Of a stretch of DNA of 25,739 bases, positions 16,206-24,533 are shown piece after piece (position 1 is the stretch's first letter; the number at the start of each line of letters is the position of its first letter). This DNA is from a virus (taxonomy: Duplodnaviria; Caudoviricetes). The translations under genes and the position numbers were made by a program. The stretch covers positions 1 to 25,739 of the IMG/VR virus record IMGVR_UViG_3300035540_000033; one strand, 5' to 3'. Under the pieces are notes generated by a model. The model was given only the letters and a program-made list of their open reading frames with translations. It was not told the origin of the DNA and did not search any database.

Positions 16206-17804
16206 TTATTCAAATTGTTTTTTTAATTCTTCGAACTGGTCTTTCAGATAATCAAATTCCGTATCTTGGAATTTTTCTGCAATATTAGTCACGGCATGTT
16301 TAATTTCCGCGATTTTGTCTGAATCTTTCAGCCAGCCCCTTTTTGACAATTCTAAAACCATAGTTGCAGGGTAATCTGCCCATGGTTCATCAAACAGCGG
16401 AGCGTCTAATTCTAATACCCTATTCATCACTTTAATTGATTGGTTGATAGATAGGCTCCCGGCCCTCGCAAACTTGCCTATAGCATCTATAGCTTCTTGC
16501 CCTTGGATAAGTTTTGGGCCTATTGTTCGCAGCCGCCAATTAATTGCGCCAAGATCCTGCATTAATGTAAAATTAATTAATTCGTCTTCATCATTTCTTT
16601 CAGGAGAAAAAGATTGCTGTTCCGCTATCATCTGAATATTTTGGGATGTGGACCTGGAAAATTCTTCTCCGACCCCCAAATACAACGCGGGAATTCTAAA
16701 TTTGGCCCTAATACGTTTTTCTGAAGTATCTATGTAATCTTTAAACAGGATGTCATTTTGTTGGGGCAACGGTTTAAAATCAATTTTTGCCCCAGTTGCA
16801 ATATCATCTATATCCCCGTCTGCCGGGGCAGCTTCCAGGATGGCAATATTATGGTAGTTTTCAACCCCTTTTCGTGAATTAAAAATATTAATTAAGTCTT
16901 CTACAGAATCAGCTGTCAGTCTTCCCCCTGATACTAATACGGCCAAGGGAGGGATGCCTTGATCAGAAAAAAGATTATAATTGATGTAATCTGCATCTCG
17001 CACTCCGAGTACAGTAGATGAAATTCCTACCCATTTTGGTATTCCGTAAGTATCATTGCCTTGTTTAAAATGAATTACTTCGGAAGCTTCTTGCTGAATT
17101 TCTTCGTCCGGGCCAAGTTCATCTTCATATTTTCCGGTAATGGCGCACATTTTTCTCGGATCACCATATTCTTTGAAAAATCTGATATCATAGATACTTG
17201 TATTAGTGACCATTGCAAATCTGCGGAATCTGCGGTAGATATTAGTTTCTGTAAGTTTGCCGTCCCGGAAAAGCCGTACGGCTGTTTTAACTTCTTCTTG
17301 TTGTTTGGCCTGAAGCCTCATGTATCTCGAATCACATCTATATAATGTGGCGATTTTACCAGAAGGATATCTTACAATTTCCATAAAAGAATTGCCTGTA
17401 ATTTCATAATCGCGCCGCATTTCTTTTCTAAGTTTTGTGAAGCTTTGTTTTTCGTTGACCCGCTTGAAAAAGTTTATAAGAAATTCTCTTTCTTCGATAA
17501 TTTTAGGATTATTCAGGTCTTCCATATCCCCAAGGTATTGGAATTCATGTCCAAACCCGTCTACGTTATCCACCATTACTTCCACACAGCCCCCAAGCGT
17601 ACCGGAAGATTCCACTATCGAATATAATTTATTTGGTTCATACGGGGGAACAAGCAGGTTGAAAGATTCCATTGCTGCATTTGTCCATAACCCTTCTTCT
17701 GGATTCGATTGCCTGGAACCAAAAGTTAGCGCATCATTTTTGCTTTCTTGTTTTTGGATTAACCTCAATTTTGTTCTAAGGTCTTTTGTTGTAATTTCCG
17801 GCAT
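16206..17804 (-). CDS. Phage portal protein (PBSX-like)
   Basis: DYEITGNSFMEIVR, EVIHFK..YGIPKW, FSDQGIP, IRAKFRIPALYLG motifs; 532 aa. Confidence 0.88.
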   Translation of the reverse strand: MPEITTKDLRTKLRLIQKQESKNDALTFGSRQSNPEEGLWTNAAMESFNLLVPPYEPNKLYSIVESSGTLGGCVEVMVDNVDGFGHEFQYLGDMEDLNNPKIIEEREFLINFFKRVNEKQSFTKLRKEMRRDYEITGNSFMEIVRYPSGKIATLYRCDSRYMRLQAKQQEEVKTAVRLFRDGKLTETNIYRRFRRFAMVTNTSIYDIRFFKEYGDPRKMCAITGKYEDELGPDEEIQQEASEVIHFKQGNDTYGIPKWVGISSTVLGVRDADYINYNLFSDQGIPPLAVLVSGGRLTADSVEDLINIFNSRKGVENYHNIAILEAAPADGDIDDIATGAKIDFKPLPQQNDILFKDYIDTSEKRIRAKFRIPALYLGVGEEFSRSTSQNIQMIAEQQSFSPERNDEDELINFTLMQDLGAINWRLRTIGPKLIQGQEAIDAIGKFARAGSLSINQSIKVMNRVLELDAPLFDEPWADYPATMVLELSKRGWLKDSDKIAEIKHAVTNIAEKFQDTEFDYLKDQFEELKKQFE

Positions 17805-17836
17805 TAAGTTCTCCTTAATATTATTAATAATAGGTT

Positions 17837-17845
17837 ATTATAACA
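17837..17845 (-). promoter_or_regulatory. Extended -10 promoter upstream of portal
   Basis: TGTTATAAT. Confidence 0.5.
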
Positions 17846-17871
17846 TAATACTTTCACATTATAATGCAAGG

Positions 17872-18042
17872 TTATTCTTCTATGTCATATCCTTTTGCTA
17901 AATTTTCTTCATTAATAGTTGTTTCTGTTATAAATGGTACAATAGGTTTAACTCCAAATAATTCTTCAATTGAGGCATGTTCCATATTTCTTTTAAGTTT
18001 TGGCAGCACTTCTTCAAGATAATCCTTATGCAGAATCACATC
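17872..18042 (-). pseudogene. Orphan family A DNA polymerase C-terminal fragment (~56 codons)
   Basis: Manually translated DVILHKDYLEEVLPKLKRNMEHASIEELFGVKPIVPFITETTINEENLAKGYDIEE*; aligns with the post-motif-C tail of the upstream PolA (L..K..ME..FG.K..VP...E..I..LA). Confidence 0.7.
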
Positions 18043-18898
18043 TCAATTCATAATTTCCGCACCCAGGTATTTTATGTGCTTGAATATGGCAAATTTTACA
18101 CAATGTTATACAATTATCGATATCAGCAGATTCTATAGGATTATTTATTACTGGGTCTATGTGATGGCAATGTAAGGGATATTTGCCATGTTCTTTATTC
18201 ATGCCGCACTTTTGGCATGTGTAATTGTCTCGGTTTAACACTAATTGCCGAAGTTCTGGTTGCACTTCCCTTGTATATTGGTTTTTTGATAAATACGTCA
18301 TTTTATTAAAAACAGGGCAGGCCTTCTTACAATTATCGGAACAATATAACTGATTACCTCCATTCACATTTTCTATGGCATATATTCTATTATGCAAAGC
18401 ATTTCTTCCTGGCGCAAACCACGCTCCGCAGTACGCACATTTACATAATAGAACACCGTTAGTTCCTTCTTCTATTTCTTCATATAGTTCTATTTTATTT
18501 CGCGTTACAGAATTTTCGTTGAATTGTATTGGGGATTTTTCTTTTTTTGAACGTCTTTCTTTATTGTTAATGCACCATTCCCTATTTTTTAATTGTTTCT
18601 TATCTTTGTTGCGTTCATACCACGAAGCATTTGTTTTGTTATCACATTGTTTACAATAACTACGTAAACCATCTGTAGTTAAAGGACTCTTGTAAAATTC
18701 ACTATTATCCTTAATTAAACCACATTTTCTACATTTTTTACACACAGTAGTTTTTTTTGGCAATAGTTTTCGTTCTTGGTTGTAAGCTACTTTACATGCC
18801 TTACACCAAGGGAATAAATTATCAGCAGAAGCAGTTTGTTTAGCAAATTCTGTGATAGGTTTTGTTTTGTTGCATTTTTTGCATAATTTATATTTCAT
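18026..18898 (-). CDS. HNH endonuclease with tandem N-terminal Zn-finger repeats
   Basis: Two CxxC..EF..D.L..CKxC repeats, a central CAYC..CSDNC, and C-terminal RDNYTCQKC..HCHHIDP..NCITLCKICH. Confidence 0.85.
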   Translation of the reverse strand: MKYKLCKKCNKTKPITEFAKQTASADNLFPWCKACKVAYNQERKLLPKKTTVCKKCRKCGLIKDNSEFYKSPLTTDGLRSYCKQCDNKTNASWYERNKDKKQLKNREWCINNKERRSKKEKSPIQFNENSVTRNKIELYEEIEEGTNGVLLCKCAYCGAWFAPGRNALHNRIYAIENVNGGNQLYCSDNCKKACPVFNKMTYLSKNQYTREVQPELRQLVLNRDNYTCQKCGMNKEHGKYPLHCHHIDPVINNPIESADIDNCITLCKICHIQAHKIPGCGNYELRCDSA

Positions 18899-21464
18899 AA
18901 TTTTTCATTTCCGCTAAAGTTTGCCCGATTTCCGCTTCAATTGTCAAAGGAACTTTCATTTTAAAACCGAATTCTGAATCAGGTACTGTTTCCATATATT
19001 CTTTGACTATTTTTAAATAATAGTCATACTTACCGTCAGCACAACTCCAAATCAAGGCATCATGAATAAAGAGGACTATTTTAAATTCATCCTTATTCAC
19101 TCGTTCATCTTTTATGATCCTGTGGCCAGATAATAATGTCATATCCGAAGACGGGCCTTGGATCATAGAGTTTAACCCGGTTCTTTCTGTTGCCGCAGCA
19201 GTGCCATCGTTTTCTGAATACACATTTGGCAAAGATTGTTTTCTTCCAAATATAGTTCTAAGATACCCATTCTTTCTTAGAAAAGCCAAGTCTTTTTCGT
19301 GCCAATTTTTTATTCCCCTGTGTTCTGAAAAATATTTATCGTACATTTCTTGAGCTTGTTTCTTTGTGTATATTACTCCATACTCTTGTTTCGCGTATTT
19401 TACAAGACTATGCGGAGAAATAAGATAGATAAGCCCAAAGTTAATGGGTTTGGTATGCTGTCTCAATTCCTTCAATTCTTCTTCGGTCTTAAACACGTAA
19501 TTTTCAGGAAGATGCTTCATACTAAGTCCTACCATTTTATGAGGATCTTTGCCTTCCTTAAAAATTCTTGTCATTTTTTCGTCACCTGAAACTTGGGCCA
19601 CCCAAGCTAACTCGGATGCTTTATAATCATTTTCTATTAGACTTTGCCCTTCATCTGCTATAAATAATTGTCGAATAAGTTTAGCTAATTTACCTCTCTT
19701 GGGCTGATTTTGAAGGTTCGGGTTCCTAAATCCGGTTCGGCCAGAACTTGTAAATGTAAGGGATGCGGAAGGATGCAACCGGCTTTCTTTTGTAGCATAT
19801 TTTTCTATGTTTTTGATAAAATTGCCAAGAAGCTGTTTTCTTTCAGACCAATTTATATATAATTGAACAAATTCCTTTGCTTTTTTTGGATACTTTCCAT
19901 CCAGAATTGTCTTTAACACTTGCTTCTTATCTGTACTTGGCACCCCTGATTTTGCTGATATAATAACAGGTTCAAGATTAAATCCATAACTATGATGTTC
20001 TGCCTCTGTTTGATTCTTTCTGAATTTAGTATCCGTCCATTCAAATAAACTTTCTTGCATAATGATGGTACGAGTTAATTTGAAGTTGTCTTTATGTCTT
20101 TCATATACATCTGGAGGACATTTTTCTTTAAATTCTACCAAAATATCTTCCATTTCTTCTTTCAGTTTTTGCCTAATGGCAGGAATCTTGGTCAGATCTA
20201 CTCTAATGCCGTTCCGTTCCATTTCAAAAAGAAGTTCGTTTTCAATGGGTTGTGTGAATTTTACAAAATAGTTTAGTGATTTTTGGTCTTTAATAATCTC
20301 CTTTTTTAGTTCCTGCGTGACAAGTAACGTCATAACAGGATCGAGGGAAGAATATTTTATGAACTTTTCCCTGTTGTTTTTTAGAAGACCGAGCATATCA
20401 GTTTTTTCCACATCTGTAACCTCCCCTTTATGGGAATGGTAGGTTGTGTACTCGGAGATCAAATCGTCTAAAGAACAGTTTTTGTATTTATTTGAATCTA
20501 AAGTGTGGGCCAAAACTCTTGCATCTATACAGCAATTATTAAACTCTGTTACTCCTAAATTCATGAAGGCATGTTGTTCAAACTTCTGGTTAAAGAAATA
20601 CTTTTTAAAATCTTTCCTACTTAGTAATTCGCGTAATTCATCTATTTTTCTATTAAATCCATTTGTTTTACTAACTCCAATTTCTACTTTGATCGGGGTT
20701 GCTTTTGTGCCCCCTCTATTAATTAGTATATTGAAGTCCCCGGTATCCTTCTCCACTTCTTCATACAGAATAACCGTCCATCCCTCCGTTAGATTTTTTG
20801 ATACCTGGTACGATATTGTAATATAATTTGGATCGTACCAATGAACGCCGGTGGCTTCTGTATCAATGCCAGTTAAATAAAAATCACCTTCTTTAAAACA
20901 ATTTCCATCTAAAATTGGCCGAATAGAATCCACTTCCTTGTAAATAATATCAGATTGTATAACATACTTTTGGTCTATGAATCTATTAATATTAGATAGA
21001 TCGGAATGTATTAGCGGGAGTTTTGAAGGGTCTCGTTTAGCAGCATACGGGTTAAACGTGCAAGCAATATGTCTTCCATCCTTTTCAAAGAATTGATTTC
21101 TCGCATTTTTTAAAGAACTTTTTTTATATGCTGCCTGAAAAGCCAACACCCCAAAACAAATAATGATTTCAGGATCTACTTCTTTTAATACAATATCGAG
21201 ACTATCCCTGCAATTTTCTAATATTGTATTAATTTGTCCCGCAGTGAATTTATCCTTTTCAAAATAGCATCTATACGCAGATGCTATAAACACTTTATCC
21301 AATGGGAATTTAATTGAATTACATATTTTTGCAAGGATTTTCGGCATCTCTAATCGGTTTTCGTAAGGCGCAGGCCCATCAAATAAAAATAAGATAGTTC
21401 CTTTTGGGTTCCCTGCGAATTTAACTGGATGTTTACTTGGTACTAAACATTTTTTGCAGTTCAT
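18888..21464 (-). CDS. polA: Family A DNA polymerase with N-terminal UDG family-4-like domain and 3'-5' exonuclease (SPO1 gp31-like architecture)
   Basis: ExoI IDTE, ExoIII YSSLD, SGR..NPNLQNQP, motif A DYKASEL, motif B RQHTKPINFGLIY, motif C IHDA; N-terminal CxxC..C..C UDG4-type fold. Confidence 0.93.
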   Translation of the reverse strand: MNCKKCLVPSKHPVKFAGNPKGTILFLFDGPAPYENRLEMPKILAKICNSIKFPLDKVFIASAYRCYFEKDKFTAGQINTILENCRDSLDIVLKEVDPEIIICFGVLAFQAAYKKSSLKNARNQFFEKDGRHIACTFNPYAAKRDPSKLPLIHSDLSNINRFIDQKYVIQSDIIYKEVDSIRPILDGNCFKEGDFYLTGIDTEATGVHWYDPNYITISYQVSKNLTEGWTVILYEEVEKDTGDFNILINRGGTKATPIKVEIGVSKTNGFNRKIDELRELLSRKDFKKYFFNQKFEQHAFMNLGVTEFNNCCIDARVLAHTLDSNKYKNCSLDDLISEYTTYHSHKGEVTDVEKTDMLGLLKNNREKFIKYSSLDPVMTLLVTQELKKEIIKDQKSLNYFVKFTQPIENELLFEMERNGIRVDLTKIPAIRQKLKEEMEDILVEFKEKCPPDVYERHKDNFKLTRTIIMQESLFEWTDTKFRKNQTEAEHHSYGFNLEPVIISAKSGVPSTDKKQVLKTILDGKYPKKAKEFVQLYINWSERKQLLGNFIKNIEKYATKESRLHPSASLTFTSSGRTGFRNPNLQNQPKRGKLAKLIRQLFIADEGQSLIENDYKASELAWVAQVSGDEKMTRIFKEGKDPHKMVGLSMKHLPENYVFKTEEELKELRQHTKPINFGLIYLISPHSLVKYAKQEYGVIYTKKQAQEMYDKYFSEHRGIKNWHEKDLAFLRKNGYLRTIFGRKQSLPNVYSENDGTAAATERTGLNSMIQGPSSDMTLLSGHRIIKDERVNKDEFKIVLFIHDALIWSCADGKYDYYLKIVKEYMETVPDSEFGFKMKVPLTIEAEIGQTLAEMKNYEI

Positions 21465-22003
21465 GTTTTAACTCTCTTTTCAGATTCTTTAATATATTGA
21501 TATGCCGAACTTGTAGCGTTGCAATTTGGATATCCATATTTCTTTTCTGCTTCCCATCTCGCTTTGGCGGCATCGAGTTTTGTAATAAAACGTCCTAAAT
21601 TAATATGTTTTTTATTGGGATATATGTTAGCCCTCCATTTTTTATTTACAGTATCCCAATGTACTCCCTTTATCCCGGAAGTATTTGTTTTCTTCGTAGT
21701 AGAATTTCTATGATTACAAGAACAACTAACTTCACGTAAATTACACCATTTATTATCGTTCCGTATCCGGTTAATATGATCAACCTGATTTTCAGGTAAA
21801 TACCCTTCCATATACAGAAATGCAAGCCTATGGGCAAAGTACCTTTTTTTATTAACAGTCATATGAATATACCCCATTCTTGTTAAATATCCCGCTTTGG
21901 TTCCTTTTTGCGCCTTATTCCCATTATTTATTTCCCAAGTAAATATTCCCGTTTCTGGGCTATAATGCAAATATTTTTTTAATTCTTCTTGTGTTAAGTT
22001 CAT
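21461..22003 (-). CDS. HNH-AP2 homing endonuclease
   Basis: LHYSPETGIFTW, AHRLAFLY, VDHINRIRNDNKWCNLR, and NTSGIKGVHW..KWRANI..LGRF AP2 domain. Confidence 0.9.
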   Translation of the reverse strand: MNLTQEELKKYLHYSPETGIFTWEINNGNKAQKGTKAGYLTRMGYIHMTVNKKRYFAHRLAFLYMEGYLPENQVDHINRIRNDNKWCNLREVSCSCNHRNSTTKKTNTSGIKGVHWDTVNKKWRANIYPNKKHINLGRFITKLDAAKARWEAEKKYGYPNCNATSSAYQYIKESEKRVKT

Positions 22004-22006
22004 AGT

Positions 22007-22168
22007 CTAATCCTTTTTTACTTCATATGTATCAGAAGTCCACCAGCATTTAACTTTCCTTTTATGTGGCTCATAATAAAAATCCATTTCAATTTCAACA
22101 CAAGCAGATCCTGTTTCTGAGCAATATTCCACTACATCATATTCCTTACCTTCTCTGATAATTTTCAT
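22007..22168 (-). CDS. Hypothetical protein (53 aa)
   Basis: Manually translated MKIIREGKEYD...VKKD; AAGGA RBS. Confidence 0.55.
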   Translation of the reverse strand: MKIIREGKEYDVVEYCSETGSACVEIEMDFYYEPHKRKVKCWWTSDTYEVKKD

Positions 22169-22169
22169 T

Positions 22170-22400
22170 TTATTTTCCTTTTATTTCAATAGCAAAATCA
22201 CAACCCTCCCCCCCATACCAAGCGTATTCAATATCCGCCTCCCCCATAAATATTTCAGAAAAAAGCCAATTCATATCCTGTTCTGGAAGTTGTATTTTTT
22301 GTGGCAGAATTTGGGATTCAGTATAATAAATTCCAAAATTATCCAGAATGTAATTATCTATATTTGCTACTGGTATAGGCTCTTCAATATAAGCTATCAT
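22170..22400 (-). CDS. Hypothetical acidic protein (76 aa)
   Basis: ORF track; AGGA RBS. Confidence 0.6.
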   Translation of the reverse strand: MIAYIEEPIPVANIDNYILDNFGIYYTESQILPQKIQLPEQDMNWLFSEIFMGEADIEYAWYGGEGCDFAIEIKGK

Positions 22401-22664
22401 TTATTTTTTCCTGTTTGTTCTACCAAACTATTTTTAAATTCTTTGTATCTATCTGAAATTTCTTTTTTGCCTTGGTATACTCCTTCTTCATAGGATTTTA
22501 AACACATTTCTGCAAGATCCTCAATTATTCCAATTTCTTCCAATTTGATAGTATTAATATCTGGAAAATACATTACACCAGCTTTTACATTTAGTTTTAT
22601 GCTATTCTTAAATAAATATAGTTCTAAATCCTTGTTTATTTTAATAATTTTTCTTACAGGTCAT
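22397..22664 (-). pseudogene. Hypothetical gene frameshifted right after its ATG
   Basis: AAGGA-6nt-ATG(22664) is 1 nt out of frame with an 87-codon open frame (PVRKIIK...TGKNK) that ends in an ATGA overlap. Confidence 0.5.
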
Positions 22665-22667
22665 GGT

Positions 22668-23171
22668 TTATCCTTTTCTAATCATTTCTAAAACTTTGTC
22701 TATTTCTTCTTTTGTATGAAGGGTGCCCCCGGTATTTAATTCTACATACCATGCAAGCACTTCTTTTTTTGTTTCTAAATCATTTACACACCATATAAAA
22801 TCGCAGGTATGGGGAATACGGCCTTCAAATTCTGAATAATAATGGTTGAAAACAGGTAATTTATCATCTAAAAAATCAAGTACGGCAGTAAGACGTTGTT
22901 TTCCATCAACAAGCACATAAGGCCCTCGGAAATCATTCATCCAACCTGGACAATTTGTTTGTATGATGTCAGACCCGCTTCCTCCCTTCAACTTAAATTC
23001 TACATAGGCTATTTTTTGTTCTTTTGTCCATACATGTCCCCTTTGAAAATCGGGATTAATATCAAAAGGAGGATTTCTGTCCCTTCCTATATGTTTTTTC
23101 AAATACTTCCATCCCACATTAACTCTATAATTAGATGGTTTTGTCATTTGAAGTATATCACTAAATTTCAT
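22668..23171 (-). CDS. Stand-alone DUF262 (ParB/Srx-fold, GmrSD N-terminal-like) protein
   Basis: INPDFQRGHVW and VLVDGKQRLT motifs; LNTGG. Confidence 0.85.
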   Translation of the reverse strand: MKFSDILQMTKPSNYRVNVGWKYLKKHIGRDRNPPFDINPDFQRGHVWTKEQKIAYVEFKLKGGSGSDIIQTNCPGWMNDFRGPYVLVDGKQRLTAVLDFLDDKLPVFNHYYSEFEGRIPHTCDFIWCVNDLETKKEVLAWYVELNTGGTLHTKEEIDKVLEMIRKG

Positions 23172-23174
23172 TTT

Positions 23175-23486
23175 TTATTCCTTTTCTAAATTAAACGGGT
23201 AATTCCAGCAAAAAACATAATCAAAAAAATTATAGCAGCCAGAATGATCTGCTATCAAGATATTTAGCATTACATTTGGGTTGTCCATAAAATCATCTGC
23301 ATCATAAAATAAAGAATTTCCGGTATATTCCCCGTTTTCATCTATTTCTTCTCAAACATATTCTATAATTCCTGATCGCACATCAAAATATTCATTACCA
23401 AAATGTGCGACTTTTCTTATAAAGACTATTTCTTCATCATGTTTAGGTAATTTTTCATCTGGTATGTAAAAATCAAATGTAATCAT
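23175..23486 (-). pseudogene. Hypothetical gene (103 codons) with in-frame TGA at codon 45
   Basis: GGAGG RBS; MITFDF...GIIEYV*EEIDENGEYTG...LEKE; the frame stays open to a TAA just before the next start codon. Confidence 0.6.
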
Positions 23487-23505
23487 TAATCCTCCTTTTT
23501 TAAAT

Positions 23506-23537
23506 AAAAAATGCCCTTAACAACATGTCAAGAGCAT
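23506..23537 (-). terminator. Intrinsic terminator after the sulfotransferase
   Basis: ATGCTCTTGACA-TGT-TGTTAAGGGCAT stem followed by a T-run. Confidence 0.65.
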
Positions 23538-23561
23538 ATCAAAATAATATTAAATAGTCAA
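23533..23561 (-). promoter_or_regulatory. Sigma70-type promoter overlapping the terminator
   Basis: TTGACT-17 bp-TATGCT with an extended TG. Confidence 0.6.
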
Positions 23562-23563
23562 GC

Positions 23564-24211
23564 TTAATTTATTGGTTTAACTTGTGCCTTAACTTTATCA
23601 TAATTCCAATTTAGGCTAATTTCTTTAATAATTTGTTCTAATTTATTGAAATTATAGCTTACTACGTCATCTGTATTTAGTTTATATATCTGGTTAAGAT
23701 TATTGAACATATCTTCTATCCTAACCTTATGTTCGTCTATATATTTTTGCCAACCTTTTTCATCTTTGTATTTTGACATAAAAGATGTTTTCATACAAGA
23801 TTTAATTACGTCAGTATCTTTTCTTTCTGTTATAATCCAATGTGCATTTGGAAAAGCGTCGTCCCATGTACGCCAGTCAAGACAAGGTTTTGTATCTTTA
23901 AATCCCCATTTCATTCCCGGTTCCAGCCCTTGTTTTATCATTATATCTAAAACATTATTTTTTCTATTAAGATCTGATTTATGCCATCCAACGGGGGGCA
24001 GTGGATTTTGGCCTTTGGGATCAAACCCATATTTTTTTAAATGTGGCTTTTGAATTTGTTTTATTATATGATGATTTTCGAGTTGTTTTTGTGGGTTGGC
24101 CACAGTTGTTTGTATTACGTCGCCTAAAAATAAACCACACAATTCTAAAAGTTGTGTGGTCATGGAAGTTCTCGATCTGGCAGGGCCTGTTATTATTATA
24201 GGATCTAACAT
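23564..24211 (-). CDS. PAPS-dependent sulfotransferase family protein
   Basis: 5'-PSB-like IIITGPARSRTS, WGFKD, and 3'-PB-like IITER..DVIKS. Confidence 0.8.
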   Translation of the reverse strand: MLDPIIITGPARSRTSMTTQLLELCGLFLGDVIQTTVANPQKQLENHHIIKQIQKPHLKKYGFDPKGQNPLPPVGWHKSDLNRKNNVLDIMIKQGLEPGMKWGFKDTKPCLDWRTWDDAFPNAHWIITERKDTDVIKSCMKTSFMSKYKDEKGWQKYIDEHKVRIEDMFNNLNQIYKLNTDDVVSYNFNKLEQIIKEISLNWNYDKVKAQVKPIN

Positions 24212-24516
24212 ATATTAAGTTCTTCTATTGAATGATTTTCTGGTTGAAATATGGCCAATCCAGCAGTAATTATTTTTTCTATTTTATAATTATGCGGGGG
24301 ATATAAAAAATCTACAGTAATTATTTTATCTTGAGGGTATGTGTAAATGATAATATGCCCCCAAGGATAAAGAAAGGTAACACAATTATTAGTTGAAATC
24401 AAGGAAGAATGTAATATATTTTGTGTGAATTCTATATTTTGAAAAATGGACTTTATATCCCCTATTCTTTTTTTAGTTCCTTTCATATATAAAAATTTAT
24501 GTTTTAGTTTTTTCAT
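24205..24516 (-). CDS. Degenerate S-adenosylmethionine decarboxylase (SpeD)-like protein
   Basis: VTFLYPWGHIIIYTYPQDKIITVDF resembles SpeD V..LAESHISIHTWPE..A.VDVF but lacks the E-S cleavage site. Confidence 0.45.
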   Translation of the reverse strand: MKKLKHKFLYMKGTKKRIGDIKSIFQNIEFTQNILHSSLISTNNCVTFLYPWGHIIIYTYPQDKIITVDFLYPPHNYKIEKIITAGLAIFQPENHSIEELNIC

Positions 24517-24533
24517 GTGGAATGCCTTTTACA

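Noticed and set aside
18026-18260. RDNYTCQ motif shared by this HNH and IscB as evidence of local duplication
   Set aside because: It is a generic McrA-type HNH motif; there is no extended similarity.
1155-24201. Plus-strand ORFs in the supplied track
   Set aside because: They are antisense shadows of well-supported minus-strand genes and have no recognisable motifs.
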